Of a DNA stretch of 64,000 nucleotides, positions 38,489 to 47,398 are shown one piece after another. The notes beneath the pieces were generated by a model. It was not told the origin of the DNA, ran no database searches, and worked only from the letters and a program-made list of their open reading frames with translations. The DNA comes from Phallusia mammillata (Eukaryota): contig OZ281499.1 of assembly GCA_965637545.1 (NCBI GenBank), forward strand, positions 21,080,001 to 21,144,000, given 5' to 3'. Positions within the stretch are counted from its first letter, which is position 1, and each line of letters begins with the position of its first letter. The position numbers and the translations under genes are program-made.

Positions 38489-41048
38489 TTTCAATTCTTT
38501 AGCTGACTTACTAAACAAGAAGCCGAGACACCGGTTTTAAAGCTAACAGCGACGTTGAGTAAATGAGTTTAAAGAATTGATACCTTACAATACTTCGCTT
38601 ACAAATCCAACCGTTGGAGCGGAACTGGATCGACATTTTTATTGCGATACCCAACAGAGGAGTTAAAGGTCCGTGTATTTAAACTTAACAAAACGCTAAC
38701 TTTCCAGCAGAACAAAAACCTGATTTCCAAAGAAATAGCGTCAGTCCATTTGTTTCAACAATAAACAGAAAAACAAAAACCGCTGTTCCGTGTACGCCAG
38801 TTTTAGTCAAAACAATATTTTGAAGCAAAAGTTCAACACAAAGGTCGCGTGCGTTTCCATACCAACGGTCGTAACTCACTGACACTAATAGTTTGATCAA
38901 AAACAAAGCTACCGACAGCTTGTATATAGTGGACACTTACGTTCTATTTACAATGTGTATCCAAGCTATCATGGAGTTTTGTTTTTGAACAAGCAACGTT
39001 CAAAGACGTGTATATAATGTTAGTGTGTGTTACATAGCTTTACTTGTCGTTTTTATTTATCGTTACCATGGCCGAACGACAACGAAGCCATAATCAACAC
39101 GCCAGTTTCTGTAATACGTGGTCGTGTCGCAATTACTTCAACTTTCCGTTGAAATGGTGGCGAGTGAGGTTATGTTAAAACTTTATGAGGGTTAATTTGG
39201 TCACCACAAAAAGCGATACCAAAACATATATCAATGTCCTTAACCTTCCAAGCAGAGTTTGTTAGGACAGAGTCCAAGCAATCTCCACACAGGTGCCTTT
39301 CACTTCGCTCCATTTGTTTAGTACTTCTCCACAACAGATTGCGACACGTCAATATACAAGGAAGCACAGACGAGAAAGTTTGAAATGAATTTAAATTTAA
39401 TAGAATCTCTAGAATATAATGAGTGCGGGGTTTCATATGATCCGAATAAAGGCGTTAAACTGTAGATATGTGCTTTTACAATTGGTTCTCGCACTTTATC
39501 CTGCACAAAGATAGCGTCCAATCACAGCAAGGTAACAAGGATTCACAGAGTCACATTATCATCCTAAGAAACTGCGAAAAAACACATTGCAAATTGTCAT
39601 AATTTGTTGATATGTTTGAAAACTTGGGAATCCTGAAATAATCAGGCACTATAGGTTTGGGAAGTCATTGCATGTCTCCATCAGGTGGAGCACGCCCAAC
39701 GGCATTGTTGCGAGGCAATTTAAATGGACTTCTGAGGCTTGATGAAAATGAAGGCATTTGCTTATACCACCTTTTGTGAAGCTGGTTGTCCCTAAATATC
39801 AACCCATAATCTTTTTTTTCAGCAGTTTTGTCTGACACCATCGACAACAAGGAAGTGATGTCCTCAGAATCCCCTTTAAACAGTGACAGTACCCATCGTT
39901 AATATACAGGTTTCGTCTGTTTATGAAAAGGTTTTGTAAATGCTCGGCGATGATTTTTTTAATTCGTGGCCATACACAACATTTTGCATTACTGAAAAAA
40001 TGGTAAGCAATAAGCAAAAACTGTAGACCAGATATGTTGGAAAGCTTGGTGTAGTGTATTCAATAAAAAGGAGTTGCGTTATGATTAAGTAAAGTAAGTT
40101 GTGTTCTGTCCTACGGGCGCATGTCATAAAGTGAACGTGTATAGAGGTAGCCTAACCGTTATTTTCATGATATTCCTTCAGCACTTCGACCAAACATTGA
40201 ATAAACCACGAACCGTTTTCTTCATGCCTAAAGCTCATGAAACCTGTGAAAAATCAACTATAAGTTATGTTCTACAGCCAAATTGAAATATGCATGCAGC
40301 TTTGTGAACCAAAAATGACATTATTTAATGCTAACCATCACTAGAGGCGTTGCAAATCACAAAATCAGCAGAAGCTGGAATGGTTTGTAACGCAACTCCT
40401 TCGGTAGCAATCATAGACATTTTGGCACGTTTTTATTGTCATCCCCAATAAGGTTGGTATCAGGTACAGTTTTTCCGTCACTGCCTGAATCTACACATTC
40501 ATCGATGTCGGATCCCCGACACATCTGGTAAAAACAGAATTATTGAAACAAATACCGGCGATTTTTCTAAAACTAGAACCTGAAAAATGAAGATTTTTGG
40601 TTTGTTTTGCAATTTTGGACAATTTCCTGCACGGAACTATCTGTAAATGTCTTCAATACAAAATCTGCCATCGTGCATCAATATGTGTTGACCATCTCCG
40701 TGAGAGAAAAATACCAACACCAAACTGTTTACAGAAGTCTTTCCCTGCAATTTTATCGAGAGTCTGCAAAAACAGATCGATGTTACTTGTCGGCAATAAA
40801 TATATTCTACACCATTGCCTATACTCGCCGCATTGAATTCCGAAAGAGTCAAGTTCAACAAAGGATGTACGTCGGTGGTGCCTGCGCGGACCACGTCTGT
40901 TTTAAAGCCAAGCGTCTCGAGCATTGAGCTAAGATCATTTTCGTCTGTTTCGGATCCGGTTCTTTCCTCTTTCACTACAATTGATGCAACTTTCAATAAA
41001 AGTTTTCTTCCTATATCCACTGTAACTTACTGTACTGAAACTCTATGT

Positions 41049-41220
41049 CAGGGGTTCTTAACCTGGGGTGCACGCACCATCAAGGGGTGCGAGAACTGTT
41101 CCTAGGGGGTGCGGGAATGCTGAATCATTAAGGTTGGTTAGGCCTATTCTATTTAAGCAATTACAGAAGGGGGAGCGAAAATTGGTTAGTGATTTGTAAG
41201 GGGGTGCGAAAATTGGTTGG
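41049..41220 (+). mobile_element. Truncated hAT/Charlie-like non-autonomous DNA element inserted in caspase B exon 1
   Basis: Begins CAGGGGTTCTTAACCTGGGGTGC, resembling hAT-Charlie MITE termini (CAG(G/T)GGTTCTYAACCT), with internal repeats of AAGGGGG(T/A)GCGAAAATTGGTT. It abuts the caspase exon remnant. No second TIR or matching 8-bp TSD found; right boundary approximate. Confidence 0.6.
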
Positions 41221-42533
41221 TTGTATTTCATTATTGCAGGCTGCTACAATTTGGTGTCTTCCTGTAAATGTTTAACGGCACTAACTGCATTATATAACAC
41301 ATAATTTAAAGCGGGTGTGAAATGGAGTGTACATCGTAAGTCGGACCGGGCTTATCGGGGCGGGTTTGAGCCGAAAACTCGGTTATATTGCTAGTAAACT
41401 ATTAGCCCTAACACCAACTGTTCCCCACACGCTTTCTTTTTACTTCACATAATTAGTTTGAAAAGCTATCTTACTGCGTTTAATAAAAAATCAGTTTTAC
41501 TACTCTGGAATACAAGTCCTTCTTCGCCCCCTACACTACAAAACTAACGCTTGTCACAAATAATTAAGCTTTCAGCGACTGCATGCGCACGGTTTTCCTC
41601 AAGTTGCGATTTACCGCTTTACATTCAACAGATAAAGAGCTGCCCGCACTTTTGCTGTCTTTACAGTTCGGCAGCCATAACATTGCTATTTAGAAACCAC
41701 TTCTAGTCATACTTCATATGTAGTGAAACATTAATGAATAATAAGAATTTGGCATGCGCGTGCCATATAGGCCTTTGAACTAAATCAAAACTTTGGCATT
41801 TACATTTTTGCAATACACTTGACGAACTACTGAGACCTTTACCTGATGCATTTACAGCAGATGTCACAAAATTGATATGCGTTTGCTTGTCGTGTTGTGA
41901 AAATTAGATGATTGTTTACGACTGTTTTTTTACATAGGAGGCCAAAATTATGCTTATTTACGCTTTACGTGACAAGGTAAAATTTTTGTTTTCGAAACGA
42001 GTAAACTTAGATAAATTAGTAAACCCACTTCAAATTTAAATAATAGTATCTAAAAACCGTTCACTCACTGCAGAACTGATCACTGTAATAACTAAATCTT
42101 TACCTTCTTAGCTGTTTCACATGTGCCTTGTTTCGGTAGCTGTATCGGCAGAACCAACCCACATTGCCAAATTATCTAGTGTTAATTGCACCTTGCTATA
42201 ACTGCAAATATTGTGGGTAAGCTGCATTTGAAATCGTCATTGTGTAGGCTTGAGTATAAATTCAAATAACAAGTACCTGAAATTTGAACGCCTTGTTCCA
42301 CTACAACTACTTTCCACCACTTATTAGCTTATGCACCAAGCCACTAAAATAATCCGCGCTGTGGTAGTAGAGAGTAGATTTCACACGTTGTTACAATCCT
42401 AATGAGGTAGCTCATCTCACACCACTGAAAAAATTCTTCCGTACAAGTACTAGTTTATTTTTTTGGTGAAGAACGATTAGGGCGTATAGCCTATGTTTAA
42501 CAAGCTGTCTTCACAAATAATGACTTTCTTCTT

Positions 42534-42762
42534 AAACTTCGGACCACACAAGCGGACCTGTATCAAACGTTTCAACTGATAGACACTCCACATAACTCAC
42601 CGCACAGTCATTGTGTGTTACACCCAAAGTAGTGACGATGTAAACATGTTTGGGGTAACAACTGCATTTGGGGCCGGTCCAAGGAGAAGTGGGTTTGTGA
42701 TGTCACCCACTTCCGATTAAAATCAGTTGACGTTCTCAAAGTTTTGTGTCAGTTGTAACCAG
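42534..42762. repeat. Copy 1 of ~230-bp block upstream of caspase B (duplicated promoter and first exon)
   Basis: Long exact runs shared with 47163-47398, e.g. aaacttcggaccacacaagc, caccgcacagtcattgtgt, acccacttccgatta, gtcagttgtaaccag. Confidence 0.9.
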
Positions 42763-43177
42763 CTTCGTTACCACATGTTGACCTTTTCTAGTTAAAACGT
42801 TTTGAATAGTGATTTTTTCCATTGCGAACGAAAAAACCTACGACCGACGTGCAAAGTCTACGGAGAATCAAAACGGATAAATAGAAAGATTTATAATTGT
42901 GTGAAAATTCCCAATTAACGTTTAAAATCTATAAATAAATACGATTATTTTATCCTCCCAAAAGCATCCCTCAACATTTGCAAACTATAAAACTATCAAT
43001 TTAAATTACACATCGTTTCTTACCTCTTGAGTACAATCACAAGAACACACAGTTTAAGAACACAAAGTTTATTTAAGAATTTCCATTTATTCGAGAGTAA
43101 ACTAAAAATACCATAAATTGGGGATAAGTTAACAACTTCGGAGTACTTTAATAAATAAGCGTTACATGTTTAGAAAT

Positions 43178-43386
43178 TTATTGCATGTCTCCATCGGGTG
43201 GTGCAGTATAGCTGTGGGGCAAATAAAATGATCTCCTTAGGCTTGAGGTAAATGAAGGCATTTGCTTGATATTTATAGTCATCACTTTCTTTTTTCTCAA
43301 TACTTGTTTATCACCAGTTTCCTCTGCTACTTTGTTTGACACTAACGTGAGCAGGGAGGTGATATCTTTAAAGTCTTCAGAATTGT
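43178..43386 (-). CDS. Caspase C terminal exon
   Basis: ttttttacag|(D)NSEDFKDITSLL...KQMPSFTSSLRRSFYLP...APPDGDMQ stop; 209 nt, same as in B. An in-frame alternative acceptor lies at 43467 (+81 nt). Confidence 0.88.
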
Positions 43387-46300
43387 CTGTAAAAAATGAG
43401 AATATTAATTCAAAAGATCTTAAAGGCTTGACCGATAAATTTAAATTCTTGGCGCTGGTCAACTGGTCTGAAAGCAAACAATATTACATACCATTTTTAT
43501 GACAGTGTGAAGAAACTAAGGATCACTTTTTATTCTGACGAAAACTGCACGTTTTATTTTGTTTGCTTTCCATGAGTTTGTACTGCACTATTTGTTTATT
43601 TACAATGCAAGTTTCACCTACGTTAACTTGCATTTCACATATATTGTTTTTGCAGTGCCACTTCGTTTTCGTTTTCCAGTGTCACATTTTTTTCGTTCTT
43701 TCACTAATACTGTATATTTTCACGTATGGTTGTTTTGTTTTACGTTTAGTTATATTTACACGTTTTACGTTGTGCCACATCTTTTATACCAGTAATTACT
43801 ACTCATGGATGTGCCCAATAAATTAAACGTATGTGAACTGGTAACTGGTCTATCGTCCACGAATCGAAGTCGACAAGCACTTCGGAAAAACGCAAGCAGG
43901 CAGTCTTCTAGTAAGCATCTGGTGAACGTTATCGCAGGCGGTTCCGGACTGTTTACAGAATTGGGGAAGAGGGAAAATATATCAGATTGGCAGGGTTTTT
44001 GGCAACGGTAACATCACCACCCAAAATTGCTACACCTAATTACGGGACTGCCAGAACACCGAGTTGCCCTCACCTTTATTTTCATAATAATCATTCAGCA
44101 CTTCGACCAGGCATTGAATAAACCAAGAACCGTGTTTTATGTTCCTGTAGCTCTTGAAACCTGCGAATATGCCTAAAGTAAAACCACTTTAACAATAAGG
44201 TTTGTCTATAGCAGCATCGAAGCGTTGTTAAAAAACATAGTTAACTCCTTAGGTTATAAAACACGTTAATGGTAATCATTTATAAACAAGTACCTTCACT
44301 GGCAGCGTTGCAAATCAAAAAATCAGCAGCAGCTGGGATGGTTCGGAGCGCAACTCCTTCAGTAGCAACAGTATCCTCTTCGTCGCTTTCTTGGTCTTCC
44401 ATATCAGGTGTTGCATCAGACTCGATTTCAGAATCGATTTCAGACTCAACTTCAGCTTCGACTGTAGACATGACTTTAGACTCGTCATTGTCCCCCTCTA
44501 CACCTTCATCAATCCCGGATCCCCGACATATCTTTTAAAATAACAGAAAAACTACGGTTTTAATACCAATTAAAACGTTAGCTGCCTTTCAAAATTTAAC
44601 ATGAAAAGCGAAGATTTTTGGCTTTTCCTTCAATCCCGGGCATTTTGTTGCGCGAAACTTTTTGAATATATCATCAATACAAAATCTGCCATCATGTAAT
44701 CTAATGTGATTGCCGTCTCCATGAGAAAGAAAGACCACCACCAAACTGGCTGACGAAGAAAAATCTTTTTCAGCAATTGCATCTAGAGCCTGTAAACATA
44801 TTAAGGTGGTTAAGTTTTGGGATGTAAAAAGTACTTTAACAGCATTGTCATAAACTTGCCGCATTAAAATCCGAAAGATTCATATCCCGTAACGAAAAGT
44901 TTTCATTCCTATTTTTTGGGACGTCATCCGTTTTAAAGCCAATTTTTGTCAAAACGTTTGTCAAATGCTCTTCGTCCTTTTTGGATCCTTTTCTTGTCTT
45001 TGTCGCTAAAAATGTATAAAACTTTATTTACTCAAACCGATTTATAGCAAGTTTTGAGTAAACAACCACTGTAACTTACTGTACTTAAAATTTATGTTGT
45101 TAAATATGTAGAAACTTCCAATTTGAGCCGATTCCACACACCTGTACATGTTTACAATTTACAAGTATTTGCTCTGCTCCAGTTCAAAGTTAATTGCAAC
45201 CAAAGTGACATGTTACAACGCATTTAAACCGAGTGCGGAAGTGAATGACTGCCCACCGTTTGAACGTTTATACGTCAGTTGATGTAATGTCATTGTTTTC
45301 GTGTTATTATTTTAAATGCTTGGTTTTTGTACAGGCTTAATCTGTTTTTTTGTAGTAAGCATTATTTTATGTGTATCCTTTCTTCCGGCACCTAAAACTT
45401 TCCAGCATGGTTTCTTTCAGGGGCTTCTTTTCCTTTTGAACCCCACCATCTTTCACTAACACGGGTGGTTGGTTAATAGGGCCCACCTCGACTGGTCCCA
45501 CAAACGTTACCCGTGTCATAATATAAACGTATGACACCAGAGCACATTAGATGTGGACGCAGCTTTCCATGTTTTAGGTGGTCACATATCTTAACAGCCA
45601 ATATATCATTGGGGAATAATCACAACTATACATAAATCATTGCAATTTGTCGCTAGGTGTTTTCACAGTGCTGTTAACCTTTGGAGTCTTCAAACCTGAC
45701 ACCAACAGATTTGCAAGGGGTTTGAACCCAGTACGCCACCGGGGACAAATCCCACATAGGTTTTTAAATTCTGTACGGGTCTAGTGTTTGTCCCACCACT
45801 AACTGTTGCGGTCAATACCAAAATGTAAAATCTGGTTCCATACACTAAAACAAAGTCCATTCACTCGCGGTGATCGACTGACACAAGTTGTTAAAACTTT
45901 GAACTTATAAAAGCGATTCATACGCGTGCAATACATTCAACCACTATATTGGACAAATTCACCGATAAGTGCGGTATATGGGTGAATGTCACAAATATCC
46001 TTCGCAAGGACATGAGGTTATTTACCACAAACGCGTACGCCACAAAATTGCTAACACGACATAAGGGGGCTCGTCGGGTGTTTTTTTCTACCACGGACAT
46101 TTCGATACACCATCGGGCGAAGTATATCAGCATTTGAAGCTTTAAGTAAAGCTGCTAAAGGCGATGTAACTTTCCGGAGAAAGCTTGGTCAGGTGCTTCA
46201 ATGACCAGCAGTGATGGAAATGTCAAGAACGTAAAGCGAGGCGAGATAGCGAACCTGACTTCATAAGACTTCAGAAGCTTAAAATTAATAAAGTTTGCAA

Positions 46301-47249
46301 ATAAGAACACCGAAAGATGGCCGAAGCAACAACGGAGCGTGAGCATCAGTTGCAATTTGAAAAAAAGGACGTACAAATTGCCTAGTTATAGGCCAAGGAG
46401 GTTGCAATAACCGAAGCAAAGGCTTTAAACTCCTGACGGTTCCATCCTATGTTATGAACGCTTTACAAACTGTTCCATTTGCATGGTGTGATTAAATACA
46501 ATGAGTGCTTCATGCAACATGGCATTTAAGTGCGGAAGCGGCTGCCGACCTTTTTAACTATACTGCCATCATTATTATGGAATCCCTAACAAGGTTTTTT
46601 ATGTCTGTATATAGAGTCGTACGCGCCGGACCATACACGCCGCATATATTCTAGTGTTGGTTGCACTTAGATATGATTGCTATAATAATGTTAGGAAATT
46701 CAATACGAAATGATTCTGGTTTTGTCTTCAAGTATGACAGACTTTTGTAAGATAAACACTCATCAGTTTATGCAATTTATTGCAACTTACTTTTATCGGT
46801 CTGATTGATTTTATTCGATTGTGAGGTCAACTTGCAATGCAATGCCGTTTTGTACATGTTTTGCAAACTAGCCGTAAACTTCTAAACTTCTTCAAAGGGG
46901 AAATGTCAAGCATACAATAATTATAAACATGCATCTAGTGCTTTTATCAAAGCGCACAGCAAAACGACAACAATCGGCGCAGTGACAGCAAAGAGCAGAA
47001 TTTGTATGTTGCTGTGGCTTAACAAGAATACTTATTGTCACCCGCAGAACATTTACATCGCTTTAAAGTTTAAAGGTTCACTACATTGACGAAACTGTCT
47101 GTTTTGCGAAGCACAAAAAGGTGTACAACATTGTTGTCTTCAAAAACAAAAGCTTTTCTCTAAAACTTCGGACCACACAAGCTGACCTGTATCAAATGTT
47201 TTCTTATTTCCAACTGATAGACACTTCACATAATTCACCGCACAGTCAT
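43178..47249 (-). CDS. Caspase paralogue C (peptidase C14A), HICRG active-site variant, about 313 aa
   Basis: join of 47239-47249, 45080-45141, 44860-45005, 44601-44789, 44294-44531, 44074-44160, 43178-43386 is in frame (942 nt). Alternative start is ATG 45149 (MYRCVES). Motifs: RKGSKKD, FLSHG, FH|ICRG, SYR..HGSWFIQ, KQMP..SSLRRSFYL. AATAAA at 43086-43091. Confidence 0.88.
44074..44160 (-). CDS. Caspase C small-subunit exon a
   Basis: ttcgcag|(G)FKSYRNIKHGSWFIQCLVEVLNDYYENK-G|gtgagg; 87 nt, same as in B. Confidence 0.9.
44294..44531 (-). CDS. Caspase C catalytic-Cys and acidic linker exon
   Basis: taaaag|ICRGSGIDEG...IPAAADFLICNAASE-G|gtactt; 238 nt. Confidence 0.88.
44601..44789 (-). CDS. 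Caspase C SHG exon
   Basis: tttacag|ALDAIA...FLSHGDG...KPKIFAFH|gttaaa; 189 nt. Confidence 0.92.
44860..45005 (-). CDS. Caspase C exon (GC donor)
   Basis: tttttag|(T)TKTRKGSKKDEEHL...LSDFNA|gcaagt; 146 nt, same length as in B. Confidence 0.88.
45080..45149 (-). CDS. Caspase C exon with YIFNN strand
   Basis: (MY)RCVESAQIGSFYIFNNINFKY-A|gtaagt; homologous to A exon 1. Confidence 0.8.
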
Positions 47250-47398
47250 TGTGTTTTACACCTAAAGTGTTGATATAAACATGTTTGGAGTAACAACTGC
47301 ATTTGGGGCCAGTACAAGGAGAAGGGAGGTTTGTGATGTAACCCACTTCCGATTAGAATCATTCCAAATTCTTAATGTTATGAGTCAGTTGTAACCAG
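47163..47398. repeat. Copy 2 of ~230-bp block upstream of caspase C
   Basis: See 42534-42762; marks the B/C tandem duplication unit of about 4-4.6 kb. Confidence 0.9.
47239..47249 (-). CDS. Caspase C candidate start exon (ATG ACT GTG CG)
   Basis: aaacacaATGACTGTGCG|gtgaat, phase 2, matches the acceptor tacag|G at 45141. The same ATG and donor are kept in the B-linked copy (gtgagt at 42600). Confidence 0.55.

Larger units (their letters stand above)
39665..42762 (-). pseudogene. Caspase paralogue B, disabled
   Basis: Exons 40829-40974, 40580-40763, 40336-40524, 40157-40243, 39665-39873, exon-1 remnant 41031-41048 and start exon near 42601-42611. Exon 3 is 184 nt versus 189 in A and C (5-nt deletion). 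In-frame TAG at 40637-40639. Exon 4 is 189 nt where 3n+1 is required. Exon 1 is truncated by a hAT-like element. SHG and QMCRG are retained. Confidence 0.88.

Noticed and set aside
40637-41020. 127-aa ORF as an intact short caspase
   Set aside because: It is open only because a 65-nt intron plus a 5-nt deletion happen to restore frame. It ends at a premature TAG before the catalytic Cys.
42403-42410. TGAGGTAG let-7 seed
   Set aside because: 8-nt match only; no mature sequence or hairpin.
47140-47346. Cys-rich ORF (CTGPKCSCYSKH) as a prodomain or separate gene
   Set aside because: It has a non-ATG start, an upstream in-frame stop and no good acceptor. The block is better explained as 5' UTR plus a start exon in another frame.
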